A stretch of 54,137 nucleotides of DNA from a virus, in the IMG/VR virus record IMGVR_UViG_3300021400_000023. One strand, written 5' to 3'. The translations under genes were made by a program, and so were the position numbers. How positions within the stretch are numbered: the stretch's first letter is position 1; the number at the start of each line of letters is the position of its first letter. Below are positions 31,795-41,364 of this stretch, one piece after another. The notes below the pieces were generated by a model that saw only the letters and a list, made by a program, of their open reading frames with translations, was not told where the DNA came from and made no database searches.

Positions 31795-32031
31795 CTACGC
31801 CTCCTTCCACGGGGGCACGTCCGGCATTTTGGCCTCCTCGTCCTCGTCCTCCGGCATTTCGATCACCGGGAGCAGGAGCATTTCGCCGCCCGTGAATACC
31901 GGGATCGTGCAAAGGTGAGGGTTGGCGTTCAGAAGCTCGGCGGCGTATTTTTCATCGCCGTAAAGCAGCAGCGCCACGCTGTCGAAGGTTTCCCCGGCGC
32001 TGCAAGGGTAGCCCTTTCCGCTAAGCGTCAT
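31795..32031 (-). CDS. Tail protein X-like (LysM-like)
   Basis: The ATG at 32031 forms an ATGA overlap with the TMP stop. GETFDSVALLLYGDEKYAAELLNANP resembles P2 gpX. Confidence 0.5.
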   Translation of the reverse strand: MTLSGKGYPCSAGETFDSVALLLYGDEKYAAELLNANPHLCTIPVFTGGEMLLLPVIEMPEDEDEEAKMPDVPPWKEA

Positions 32032-35000
32032 GAATACACCTCCACTTGATCCCGCATCTTCTTTTCCTCGTACCATTTATCCAGCCGCTTCTTGTCCTCC
32101 TGGAGCACCTGATCGACGCCCGTTGCGTCCGCCGCGTGGATGGTCGGGCTGTAAATGATCGTCGTCGGCTGGTTGTCCGGGTTGCTGTTCAGTCCGCCGA
32201 ACCGGGCCAGGATGTCCGGCCAGGTGAAGCCGCTGGCCTCCCTCGCCGCGTTCAGCAGGGCCGCCGTCCGTTCGCTGTGTTCCTCTGGGATGGCCCATTC
32301 TGGCCCAGCCTCTCCAAATATGGAAGCGCTGGTCGCGCGTCCGCCCTCGGCAAACAGCTTTCGTCCCGTGATGTTGACCGTGATCGTCCGCCCGTTATAG
32401 CTGCTGATGATGGCCGCCAGGGAGGAAGCGTTGCCCGTCACATTCTCGGTCAGCACGCGCCCGTCCTGATCCGTGATGGTCATTGTGAGGTCGGTCGCGT
32501 CGCCGCTGACGTACTCCATCAGGGTTTGTCCGTCCGCGCCGTCGATGGTGGCCGTCAGCTCCGTTGCGTCTGCGCCAACGTCCACAGTCACGCCCTGATC
32601 TTGCAGGCTGGTCATGGCGTCCTCGCCCTCAACCTTCGGCGTGATGTCAACGGGGATAGGCGGGATGTCCGGCGTTTCGCCAATCTGCGGGTCGATCTCT
32701 ACGGGTAGCTTGTAATCCTCCGCGTGCTGGCTGGCCTCTCCATAGAGCAAATCCCACATGGCGTAGTAGTCAGAAAGGCCGCTCTGTGCGAAATCCTCTC
32801 CCATGTCCCGCGCCACGGCGTCGAAGTCGTAGATTGCCGCCATCTGCTCATACATCCGGCCAAGCTCACGGTTGGCAATGCCAGAAAGCGCGCTGTCTGC
32901 CGAAACGATGTCCTGGCCTGTAAAGCCTTGCGTGCCATTGACGACCTCGCCGATGGTCTGCATCAGTCCGGCGATGCTCTTTGTGCCATCACCCAGGAAA
33001 TCAATAGTCGCCCTTGCCGTGTCGAGGTTAAAGCCGGTATCTCCCAAAAGCAGCGCGTCCGTGCTCTTTCGGTTGATCCCGTTCGCGATGTATTCATCCT
33101 GGTTGGTGTTGACGTAATCGCTGGACAGATTGAGGATGTCCCACGCGGGCTTTTCAAGAACCATGCTTTGCCCGAAACCGTTTACAAGCTGTTCCATGGC
33201 GTACATCTGCCGCAGACGGCCCGCCATAGCCTGATCTCCGATGCCCTCATAGTAGGCGATGCGCTCCTGCACGCCGCTGTCGCCGCCCATGCTGCCGACC
33301 ATATAGCCCATCATCCGGCCAAGCTGCGCCCGGTCTGTGCCTTTCAAAGAAGGTGCCCAGCCCGCGTCCCCTGCGTAAATGCTGCCGCCCATGCTGTCCT
33401 TTATCATGGACATAATGCTGTCTGCGGAGAGCTGGCCGCTCATGTATTGCTGGGCGTACCCGGCCAGGGCCGCGTAATTCTCGCCCTGTCCGCTCTGCTG
33501 GATTTGGCTGTCCCAAAGAGTAAAAAGGAACTCGTCATACGCGGCGTTTACGCGCATCTGTTCCTGCTGGTGCAGGGCCTCGGCCCGCGCCAGGGTTTCG
33601 GCGTCCGCGCCTCGATACTGTGCCCGGAAATACTCGGTCTGGAACCGATCTTCCTGATCCGCAAGAATCTGGTCGCGCTCGCTGGTCGCGGTGGTGGCAA
33701 GTGTCTGAATGTCCTCCAGGCTCGCGCCCTGGGCCTGTTTCAGCCATTTGCCCATCTTGATATAATCTTCTTCGCTCTGGGCCTCGGCTGCCGCGCGGGC
33801 AATGGCGTCATTGTAGGAGCGCATATAGGACAGAATGTTTTGATATTCGTCGTTGCTGATCTGTCCGTCCGCAAAGGCGCTCGTCATGGCCGCCCGCAGG
33901 CCCTCGCTGATGCTGGAAGCCTCGGCCAATGCGTCCTCGTATGCCTGGTTCGTCAGCTCGATAATCTGTGCGTAGGCCGGATCGTATTCTGCCGTGCCGT
34001 CGCCTCCGAAAAGCGTCTGCCAGTAGCTCATACTGGCCGCCGTGCTGTTGGTAATGGCCTCCTGTACGGCGGTGTACATGTCGATACCCAACTGTTGAAG
34101 CTGCTGCTTATCCGCCTCCGTCAGCTTCGTGTTGGTAAGCATGTCCTGGAACAGGGTCGCGCTGAACGTTGTGCTGGCCGTCTGATAGCTCGTAACCGCG
34201 TTATCAAGGGCTGTTTTGAAGCCGTCAACCTCCGTATAGGCGGCCTTGAAATCGTCGCCCAGGCTCTTGACGTAGCTCTGGATGCCCTGCGTGTCCAGCT
34301 CCAGATTGCCGAAGTTCTTTGCAAAGTCCGCTTCTTCCAGTTGCTTGATGGCCGCCGCTGCCGCCGTCAGGGCGATAAGGCCCATTCCGATGCCGCCCGC
34401 AGGCGTCAGCAGATAGCCGATCATGCGGAAAGCGCCGCCCGCCAGCATCAGGCCAGGGCCAGCCGCCGCGATCACTTCAAGGCCCGTCACCAGCGCGCCC
34501 AGGTTGTCGCTGTCCATTGCCGCAAGGCTGTCAACCATGCCGCCGATAAAGCCGGTAGCCTGCTCCACCTGGCCGGAAAGCTCCTCGCCGACGAGCTGCT
34601 TTAGGCGCTCCACCTTGCTTTCAAAGGTTTCGATCTTGCCGTCCAGCGTGTCCATCATGGTTTCGGCTGCGTACTGGCCGTAGCCCTCGGCGTCGCCGCC
34701 GCGCATGGCTTCGTACAGGCCGTCGTATCCCTCCGCCGCGCCCCGCAGCAGGGTCAATGCCTCGGTGACGGTTCTGGTCGGGAAGATGGCGGAAAGCACG
34801 CCCAGCGCGTCGCCGTTGCGGTCTATGTTCTCATAGCCGCCCGCAATGTCGCCCAGGGCGACGTACAGCTCCCGGTAGATGTCCAGCACGTTCTTCATCT
34901 GGCCCTTTTGCGGGCCGTCCTGATAAAACGCGCTGAATCCGTGGGCCGCCAGCTCCGCGTTGGCTGCCGCCAGCGCCTCGTCGCCCAGGAGGGCCGCCGT

Positions 35001-35741
35001 TTCCGTGCTGGTCGCACCGAGCTGTGCCATGGCCTTTCCGGCCTTGTCCGTCGGGGCAATCAGGCGCATCATGGAATTGCGGATCATGGTGCCCGCTTCG
35101 CTGCCGACGGAACCGGCGTTCGCCGTCACGGCGATAAGGGTCATAAGCTCCTCGGTGTTGCCCGCAAAGCGCATCGTGCTGCCCATGCGCAGCATGGCGT
35201 CGCCAAATTCGCCGATGGTGCTTGCGCTGCTGTTCGCCGCGAAAGCCCACAGGTCGATAAAGTGGCCCATGTCCTCAAAGCCGATGCCCGCCGCGTTGGT
35301 GCTCTTGACGATGTAGTTTACCGCTTCGGACAGGTCAAGCCCGCCCGCCTGGGCAAGCTGCATCGCCGCCGGGATGCCGCTCATGATCTGGTCGAAATCC
35401 CAGCCTGCATGTGCCGCCTCGGATATTGCGTTTGCTACGTCGTTTGTGTGGAAGATCGTCGTCGCAGCCCACTCCGTCGCCGCAACGTCAAGCTGGCTCA
35501 TGACGGTGTTAAGCTGCTGTGTGCCCCGTCCGTAGGTGGTGGAAAGGGCCACCTGGGCGTCCGCCATGCTCTTTTCGTATTCACGATAGACGTTTACGCT
35601 GTCCTTGCCGAAGTTGATAAGCTGCTGGCTGATTCCGTTTACCATGCTTCCGAGTTCGGTCAACGTCGCGCCTACCTGGGAAAAACCGTTACCTACTCGC
35701 GCGTTTATCGCAATAACGGTTTCAAGCGTTTGGCTCGCCAC
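32028..35741 (-). CDS. Tail tape measure protein
   Basis: 1237 aa, helical and Ala/Gly-rich, with a TP901-type N-terminal region. It lies downstream of the frameshifted chaperone. Confidence 0.9.
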   Translation of the reverse strand: MASQTLETVIAINARVGNGFSQVGATLTELGSMVNGISQQLINFGKDSVNVYREYEKSMADAQVALSTTYGRGTQQLNTVMSQLDVAATEWAATTIFHTNDVANAISEAAHAGWDFDQIMSGIPAAMQLAQAGGLDLSEAVNYIVKSTNAAGIGFEDMGHFIDLWAFAANSSASTIGEFGDAMLRMGSTMRFAGNTEELMTLIAVTANAGSVGSEAGTMIRNSMMRLIAPTDKAGKAMAQLGATSTETAALLGDEALAAANAELAAHGFSAFYQDGPQKGQMKNVLDIYRELYVALGDIAGGYENIDRNGDALGVLSAIFPTRTVTEALTLLRGAAEGYDGLYEAMRGGDAEGYGQYAAETMMDTLDGKIETFESKVERLKQLVGEELSGQVEQATGFIGGMVDSLAAMDSDNLGALVTGLEVIAAAGPGLMLAGGAFRMIGYLLTPAGGIGMGLIALTAAAAAIKQLEEADFAKNFGNLELDTQGIQSYVKSLGDDFKAAYTEVDGFKTALDNAVTSYQTASTTFSATLFQDMLTNTKLTEADKQQLQQLGIDMYTAVQEAITNSTAASMSYWQTLFGGDGTAEYDPAYAQIIELTNQAYEDALAEASSISEGLRAAMTSAFADGQISNDEYQNILSYMRSYNDAIARAAAEAQSEEDYIKMGKWLKQAQGASLEDIQTLATTATSERDQILADQEDRFQTEYFRAQYRGADAETLARAEALHQQEQMRVNAAYDEFLFTLWDSQIQQSGQGENYAALAGYAQQYMSGQLSADSIMSMIKDSMGGSIYAGDAGWAPSLKGTDRAQLGRMMGYMVGSMGGDSGVQERIAYYEGIGDQAMAGRLRQMYAMEQLVNGFGQSMVLEKPAWDILNLSSDYVNTNQDEYIANGINRKSTDALLLGDTGFNLDTARATIDFLGDGTKSIAGLMQTIGEVVNGTQGFTGQDIVSADSALSGIANRELGRMYEQMAAIYDFDAVARDMGEDFAQSGLSDYYAMWDLLYGEASQHAEDYKLPVEIDPQIGETPDIPPIPVDITPKVEGEDAMTSLQDQGVTVDVGADATELTATIDGADGQTLMEYVSGDATDLTMTITDQDGRVLTENVTGNASSLAAIISSYNGRTITVNITGRKLFAEGGRATSASIFGEAGPEWAIPEEHSERTAALLNAAREASGFTWPDILARFGGLNSNPDNQPTTIIYSPTIHAADATGVDQVLQEDKKRLDKWYEEKKMRDQVEVYS

Positions 35742-35767
35742 AATCTCACCGCCCTTTTATCCTGCGG

Positions 35768-35968
35768 TCATTCCCCGCAGAGTATTTTTCCCGTGCCATC
35801 CGGGAACAGAAAGAAATACACCATGTCGCCCTTGGCGTAGGTGCTGCTGTCTATGGGTTTGATCGGGGGCGTTTCGATGCCGTCCCGGTCATAGGAGGCC
35901 ACATAATAGGCCCCGTCCGCCGCCACATCCAGAATGTAGCCGCGCTCTATGCTCACGCCTTTGTCCAT
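35768..35968 (-). CDS. Small OB-fold-like protein (possible spike/gpV-like fragment)
   Basis: 66 aa. The pattern is G.I..V......Y.V......G......Y..GD.V.F......G.IL. Confidence 0.35.
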   Translation of the reverse strand: MDKGVSIERGYILDVAADGAYYVASYDRDGIETPPIKPIDSSTYAKGDMVYFFLFPDGTGKILCGE

Positions 35969-35981
35969 GCTCCGCCTCCTG

Positions 35982-36917
35982 CTATTGGATGGTGTAGATA
36001 CACCTGTACAGCTTCGCCCTGGATTTTCGGTTGTAAAAGTCGTGCTCCGCTTCCTCGATGATCCAGTCCCCGGTTGCGTCCGTGCCGCCCACGATGTCGA
36101 TGCGCGTCATGGAGGAAAAGCCGGGGTTAAATTCGCTTTCGATGGTCAGCGTTTCCGCCTGCCGGTTGTGGTGCATCAGAACGCCCCGCGCCCATCGTCC
36201 GGCCTGGATGTCGTTTCTGGCCGGTAGATTGATCGTGATTTGCTGGTGCGTGCTCGCCACAAGCAAGTCCTCCGCCGTCGCCTTGGCAAACGGCGTCTTG
36301 ACGGTCACGCTCTTGTAGGTCGCTCCGCCTCGCCGGTATTCCGTCCCCGCCTGCTTCGCGCCTATTTCAATGGTCTGGTATGCGGGCCGCGTCTGCGCGT
36401 AGGAAATTCCGATGGCGGTATAGCGCCCGTTTACGCATTTCAGCGCCGCGCCCTCAAATTTCAGCAGCCTGTAAAGGAGCGCCGCCGCGCTCTCGTTCTC
36501 CTGCTGGATGTAGGGGATCACCGCCTGCCCGTCGATGCCGAAGATGGCAAAATCCATCCCCGACGCCATGCCGCAGGCCCGCATGATCTCCTCGATGGTC
36601 TTTCCCGTGAAGCTCCTGTATTGCTTCTTTCGGGCCGCGCAGGGAAGCGCCGTCGCCAGGATGCGGAAATGCCCGTCCTCCGGCAGCACCGTATTCAGAT
36701 ACATAATTCCCGTATCATACCCGTTGTGGGAAACAATGATCTGGTCGTCCTCCTCCGGCCCCCAGTTGTACCATCCGGCGGCGTTGTCAAATTCGATTTC
36801 CAGGCTGTCGCAGCGCCCGCCGCTGGTGTCCCGCGCGATGCACTTCCGAACCTGTACCATGCCCGTGATGTCCGCGCCCTGGTAGTAAATCTCCACGCTG
36901 CCGCCTCCCTTCTGCAA
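35982..36917 (-). CDS. Tail hub protein (gpD/XkdQ-like)
   Basis: It is about 305-311 aa. The track start is TTG, and an alternative GTG at 36896 follows GGGAGG. The overall pattern resembles XkdQ/late control D (from memory). Confidence 0.5.
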   Translation of the reverse strand: MQKGGGSVEIYYQGADITGMVQVRKCIARDTSGGRCDSLEIEFDNAAGWYNWGPEEDDQIIVSHNGYDTGIMYLNTVLPEDGHFRILATALPCAARKKQYRSFTGKTIEEIMRACGMASGMDFAIFGIDGQAVIPYIQQENESAAALLYRLLKFEGAALKCVNGRYTAIGISYAQTRPAYQTIEIGAKQAGTEYRRGGATYKSVTVKTPFAKATAEDLLVASTHQQITINLPARNDIQAGRWARGVLMHHNRQAETLTIESEFNPGFSSMTRIDIVGGTDATGDWIIEEAEHDFYNRKSRAKLYRCIYTIQ

Positions 36918-36948
36918 AGAAAGGGCGGCGAGGATGCCCCGCCGCCGC

Positions 36949-37619
36949 TTAATGATTGTTCTTGCGCTTGTCCAGCACGTCGCACACCGCGACGAGCACC
37001 CGGTAAAAGCGCCGTATTTCCATCTGCATCAGATCTACAATCGACGTGTGCGTTACCATCCCGGCAAGGATCACCTTTTCGAGATACGCAGACGGCCCGC
37101 CCGCGTCGATGCGTTGAAAAAAAGGGTTGCAAGCTGCACGCCCTCCACCGCGTCGGTCACGCCGATTTGCGATACGATGTCCTGCATATCCAGCCGGTCA
37201 GTCTGCTTCGCCGCCGCCTTGGCGAACAGGGAAAGCGCCTGCCGGTAGGTGATGCGGTAATTGCCCGTCGCGTTGGGATCGCTGTCCATCGCGTCGGTAT
37301 ATTCCATGCCGTTGAGGGCCGTAAAGTCGTAGATCAATTCGGTGATTTCCTCGTCACCGCTCTTGATGGGGGTTTCCAGCGTCAGCCTGCCCTTGCCCTG
37401 GCTCATGGCAACCTGGGCTTCTTCCGTCCTGCGCCGTACCTCCTCCATCTTTTCCTTCATGATTTTTTGCAGCTCCTCCCGCGTGGGCTGGGGCTGTTCC
37501 GCCGCCTGCTCCGTGGGGTTCTTTGCTGTCTGCTCCGCCGGGGCCTCCTGGGGCTTCTCCGCCGGGGTGGTTGCCGCCTGCATCGGCGTCAAATGCTTCT
37601 CGTTTTCCATATCGGACAA
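36949..37619 (-). CDS. Tail assembly chaperone, -1 frameshift fusion product (gpE+E'/G-GT analogue)
   Basis: A slip at T_TTT_TTC (37122-37116) opens a 55-codon extension, QRIDAGGPSAYLEKVILAGMVTHTSIVDLMQMEIRRFYRVLVAVCDVLDKRKNNH, ending at the TAA at 36951-36949. Confidence 0.7.
37071..37619 (-). CDS. Tail assembly chaperone (zero-frame product)
   Basis: 182-aa ORF located between the tube gene and the tape measure region. Confidence 0.7.
   Translation of the reverse strand: MSDMENEKHLTPMQAATTPAEKPQEAPAEQTAKNPTEQAAEQPQPTREELQKIMKEKMEEVRRRTEEAQVAMSQGKGRLTLETPIKSGDEEITELIYDFTALNGMEYTDAMDSDPNATGNYRITYRQALSLFAKAAAKQTDRLDMQDIVSQIGVTDAVEGVQLATLFFNASTRAGRLRISKR
37116..37122 (-). promoter_or_regulatory. 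-1 programmed frameshift slippery heptamer T_TTT_TTC
   Basis: The zero frame reads ctt ttt ttc and the A7 run on the plus strand is at 37117-37123. Confidence 0.7.
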
Positions 37620-37649
37620 TTCCTTTCTGAAAAATCAGGCGGGGAAAAG

Positions 37650-37675
37650 CGAAAAGCGCGAGCGCTCGCGCTTTT
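37650..37675. terminator. Palindromic hairpin GAAAAGCGCGAGCGCTCGCGCTTTTC between the tube and chaperone genes
   Basis: Perfect 26-bp palindrome. Confidence 0.6.
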
Positions 37676-37701
37676 CCCCGTCTGTCGTGTTGGCTTCCTG
37701 C

Positions 37702-38217
37702 TTATTTCAACAGATTGTCAACTTTGCTGGTGCAATCCTTACCGTTGAACTTGATAAGGCCCGCCATCGCGTCGGCGATGATCGTCACCTTGCCGTTGAC
37801 TTCCTCCTCATAGCGGAGCACGGAGTATTTCTCGGTGCTTCCGTAGGGGTTGCCGGTTTCCACGTCGCCCTTCTGGGTTTCGACATGTACACAGGTGATG
37901 CGGAACTTCACGCTCTCATGGGCGATTTCGCCCTTGGGCACATCATAGCGCTGGCGCGCGGTGCGGGCCTCGATGAAGTGCTTGCCGGGTTCCGCGAGGT
38001 ACTGGCAGTTTACGCCGTTGTTGTGGTAGATGGTGAAATCCATCGCGTTCAGATGGGTCACATCCGGCATATCCACGTCCATAGCCATTCCGGCGCTCTT
38101 GACGGTGGTCGTGGGGTGCTGGATCGTGGGCAGGCCGAACTTGGTCACGTCCTCGATCTCGCGCTTATTGTCCAGGATGCGGTGCTTCTCGATGTTGCAA
38201 TAAACCTTCTGCGGCAT
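37702..38217 (-). CDS. Tail tube protein (P2 FII-like)
   Basis: 171 aa, immediately downstream of the sheath gene. Confidence 0.8.
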   Translation of the reverse strand: MPQKVYCNIEKHRILDNKREIEDVTKFGLPTIQHPTTTVKSAGMAMDVDMPDVTHLNAMDFTIYHNNGVNCQYLAEPGKHFIEARTARQRYDVPKGEIAHESVKFRITCVHVETQKGDVETGNPYGSTEKYSVLRYEEEVNGKVTIIADAMAGLIKFNGKDCTSKVDNLLK

Positions 38218-38236
38218 TGTTCAGTCCCTCCTTTCC

Positions 38237-39721
38237 TTAGTCGCCCACGCTCTCAAAGTAGGTGACAAAGCCCTCGTCAGTCCAGTTGACGATAGCCGTC
38301 AGGCTCTTTGCGAGCGGGGTCGTGGTGATGTCGAACAGGAAGGAGTAGTCGCCGTTCATGATGTCGCTGCGAGCCTGCGCGTCCGCGTTCAGCGTCACGA
38401 CGCCACGGGTCAGCGCGCCGATGTTCAGCAGCGCGTCAACGCGGGTCTGCTCCTCGGCGATGATGGTCTGAAGATCATTCGCCGTCATGGGCTTGTCAAC
38501 GTCGGGCGTCCGGCGATGCTGGAAATCATTGCTGATGTAGTACAGCATCATGCGGTTGGTTTCCGCGACGTTGATCTGGTCGCCGTTCTCCTGGTCGTAA
38601 TCGGCGCTGTGGCAGCCCCAAATGGCCCAGCGTCCGCCCACATACGCGGCGGAAGCGATGCCGTTCTTGTTCAGCTTCTCATTGATAATGCTGTCGTCAT
38701 AGATGCGCCCGGTGTTGGAAGCACCCAGATACAGGTTCTCGATGAGGGAACAATCGGTATTGCTCGCCGTCTTGTAGGGGATGCCGTCCTGGGCAAGCAG
38801 CAGCTCCTGGAAGTTGGCGGCGGCCAGCACGGACAGATGGTAAATCTTGCCGTCGGTGCCCTGCGCCAGCGGGAAGAATACCGTTTCGTTCTCCTTGGTG
38901 TAGCCGTTGCCGTTCTTGTAGGTCTTGGCCGTGTCCAGGGTCAGCGGGGTTTCGCCGTTCACGATGGGCAGATCGACGAACATGTACACGTCCCAATGCC
39001 CGTTGACCTTCACGCTGTTCTGATACATCGCCGCATGGACAGCGGGAACAGAGGAGAAGCCAGGGGCCGCCAGATAGGCAGGGATGTAGCCGGTGAGCTG
39101 GTACACGTTCTTGATGGCGAAGATGCCCGTGTTGAGGCCCAGCCCGTCAGACGCGCCGATCACGTCCGCCGTGGTGACGGCGCTCGCGTCGATGGTGTTG
39201 TAGGTGATAGTCAGGGCAGAAGTCCCCAGCGCCCCGGCGGTCAGCTCGGAAATGGTGATGGTTTTCTTCTCGACGTTGTACGCAATCGCGTAATCGGTGC
39301 CCTTGATCTTGGCGGTGTTGCCGCTCTTGACAACCACGCTGTCCAGAATGATGTCCTGGGCGGCGGGGATGGTGACGCGGCCATTTTCCGGGGTCTTGGA
39401 AACGGTGCCGGATTCGCTGGCCTTGTGGGTCGCAGGATTCAGCACGTTAATGAAAACCAGAGGGCCGACGCCCTTGTTTTCCAGATGGACGTGCATCGCC
39501 TCGCAGAGCGTGTACTTGTCCCACTCGTCAGAGTAGCCGAAATACTTCCGCGCCTCGGCGATGTTGTTCACGACGATAGGCTTGTTGACGTTGTTCGCGC
39601 CGCCCTCCACGTTATGCACGGGGGCCGTGCCAACGTAAACGATAGCGCCCTGGCTTTCGTCCGCCACGCGGGAACCGACAGCCTGGATAACGCCATACGC
39701 GCCATGCTTGTAATCAGCCAT
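38237..39721 (-). CDS. Contractile tail sheath protein
   Basis: 494 aa with a sheath-like N-terminus, MADYKHGAYGVIQAVGSRVA.... Confidence 0.88.
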   Translation of the reverse strand: MADYKHGAYGVIQAVGSRVADESQGAIVYVGTAPVHNVEGGANNVNKPIVVNNIAEARKYFGYSDEWDKYTLCEAMHVHLENKGVGPLVFINVLNPATHKASESGTVSKTPENGRVTIPAAQDIILDSVVVKSGNTAKIKGTDYAIAYNVEKKTITISELTAGALGTSALTITYNTIDASAVTTADVIGASDGLGLNTGIFAIKNVYQLTGYIPAYLAAPGFSSVPAVHAAMYQNSVKVNGHWDVYMFVDLPIVNGETPLTLDTAKTYKNGNGYTKENETVFFPLAQGTDGKIYHLSVLAAANFQELLLAQDGIPYKTASNTDCSLIENLYLGASNTGRIYDDSIINEKLNKNGIASAAYVGGRWAIWGCHSADYDQENGDQINVAETNRMMLYYISNDFQHRRTPDVDKPMTANDLQTIIAEEQTRVDALLNIGALTRGVVTLNADAQARSDIMNGDYSFLFDITTTPLAKSLTAIVNWTDEGFVTYFESVGD

Positions 39722-39740
39722 GGGTTAATTCCTCCTTCAC

Positions 39741-40397
39741 TTACAAAAGTTTTTCAATGTCCGGGTTGTAGCCCTCGTTGACATGGCAGCCAAAGACGAC
39801 GTTCACAAACCCGTAATAGATGGGCCGCCTGTCCACGACGTAGCTTTGATCCGTGTACAGGCTGTACGTTACGGTGTCCTCCTGCACGAAAAGGTCTGTT
39901 TTCGGGATCATCTTCTGTCCCAGCAGCTTTTCCATACAGTCGTCCATCCAGTTCATCAGCGTAAAAAGGCCCTGCTCCGTGCCCTCCAGAATGAGGGACG
40001 TATCAAGGCCCGCGCCCTTTTCGCCCACGCTGTCCACGAAACCAGGAAGCCGGACGCCGGGTTCATATACGCTGAAAAGGATGCTGACGGCAAGGTGCTG
40101 GCCCATTTCCTGCGGTCTGTGCACGTTGTTGTAGCGGTCAAACCGCTTTTCCTCCATGTACTTCGCGTAGGTCTGGTTGGGCATAATCAGGATGCCGGGG
40201 ACGGTGGAAAGTGGAATCTCTTTCAGATTGCCCGCCTTGTCCACCCGCGCCGGTGCCCATGCAAGGTACACGGGCGGCTCCTGCCGGTTGATGGTTCCAA
40301 TGTCCATGTTCTCGGCAGGGGCTTTCATCATGCGGCCCTTGCACAGCTCCTTGTACGTCCAGTTTTTAAGGCCGGTAAGCCTTTCGGAAAACCGCAT
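39741..40397 (-). CDS. Hypothetical virion protein (tail completion region)
   Basis: 218-aa ORF between the connector genes and the sheath gene. Confidence 0.5.
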   Translation of the reverse strand: MRFSERLTGLKNWTYKELCKGRMMKAPAENMDIGTINRQEPPVYLAWAPARVDKAGNLKEIPLSTVPGILIMPNQTYAKYMEEKRFDRYNNVHRPQEMGQHLAVSILFSVYEPGVRLPGFVDSVGEKGAGLDTSLILEGTEQGLFTLMNWMDDCMEKLLGQKMIPKTDLFVQEDTVTYSLYTDQSYVVDRRPIYYGFVNVVFGCHVNEGYNPDIEKLL

Positions 40398-40399
40398 CG

Positions 40400-40744
40400 C
40401 TACATAACCTCCCTCGGATCGCGCGCTTCCAGCAGAATATCCAGCATCCCCATGTTGATATTGACATCCAGCACGCGCATGGGCTTTCTGTCAAAGAAAA
40501 CATGGGTGTTCGGCTCCGGCGCTTCGCCGCCGGGGAACTCGCTTTCGTTGACGTGAATAAGGATTTTCCGGGTGTTTGAATCCCAGCTAATATCATTCAC
40601 GTTGTTGTTCTTGCGTTTCAGCGCTTCTTCTTCATCGTGTACACAGGTGATTTCCTCGCCGTTCCAGTAGTGCGTTTCCGCAAAGTGATCCATTTGCAGG
40701 AACACGCGGTTGATGTCCTCGGCGATTCGATCTTTCAGCGCCAC
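40400..40744 (-). CDS. Hypothetical head-tail connector region protein
   Basis: 114-aa ORF. Confidence 0.5.
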   Translation of the reverse strand: MALKDRIAEDINRVFLQMDHFAETHYWNGEEITCVHDEEEALKRKNNNVNDISWDSNTRKILIHVNESEFPGGEAPEPNTHVFFDRKPMRVLDVNINMGMLDILLEARDPREVM

Positions 40745-40747
40745 GGT

Positions 40748-40942
40748 TTACTTCTTCTTCGCGCCCTTGGTTTCCCTGGCGGGCGCTTCCGCCTCCTCGG
40801 CGGCTTCCTCGGCGGGCATTTCCTGGGCTTCCTGCGGCTCGTCCTTGGACGGGATCACGGCCTTGCCCTGTTCGATCATGCGCGCGCCGTAGCTGTCATT
40901 GACTTCAATGACTTTTTTGCTGCGGAGTTCCAAAACCTTCAC
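40748..40942 (-). CDS. Hypothetical protein
   Basis: 64-aa ORF. Confidence 0.45.
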   Translation of the reverse strand: MKVLELRSKKVIEVNDSYGARMIEQGKAVIPSKDEPQEAQEMPAEEAAEEAEAPARETKGAKKK

Positions 40943-41343
40943 TTGGTTTTACCTCCTTTCGCCGCCTTTCCGGCGCTCTTGCGGGCCGCCGTCCGGGCAG
41001 ACTTTTTCTCCTCGGCGGGGGCAGTTACCAGGCCGTCCATCACGTCGATTTCGGGGGCCTCCGCCTCCTCGTCGATCTCGTCCTCCGGCTCCTCGTCCTG
41101 CGGTTCCTCCTCGGCGGTTTCCGGCTCCTGCTCGTCGTCAGGCGCGGCGGGGGTTTCCGGCTCGTCGGTGCTCTCCGGCTCCTCCTCGGTTTCCTCCGGC
41201 GCGGCGGGCCGTCCGGGAGCAGGCGCGGCCTTGCGGATCGCGCCTGCCTCCAGCAGCCATTTCACCTCATCGGCGGGCAGATTGTCAGGCAGGATTTCGC
41301 CGGGTGTATATTTCTTGCCGATATACTTGATGGCGATATACAT
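40939..41343 (-). CDS. Hypothetical acidic low-complexity protein
   Basis: 134-aa ORF with an E/P-rich centre, downstream of the capsid gene. Confidence 0.5.
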   Translation of the reverse strand: MYIAIKYIGKKYTPGEILPDNLPADEVKWLLEAGAIRKAAPAPGRPAAPEETEEEPESTDEPETPAAPDDEQEPETAEEEPQDEEPEDEIDEEAEAPEIDVMDGLVTAPAEEKKSARTAARKSAGKAAKGGKTK

Positions 41344-41364
41344 TCTGGCTTTCTCCTTTCTGCC

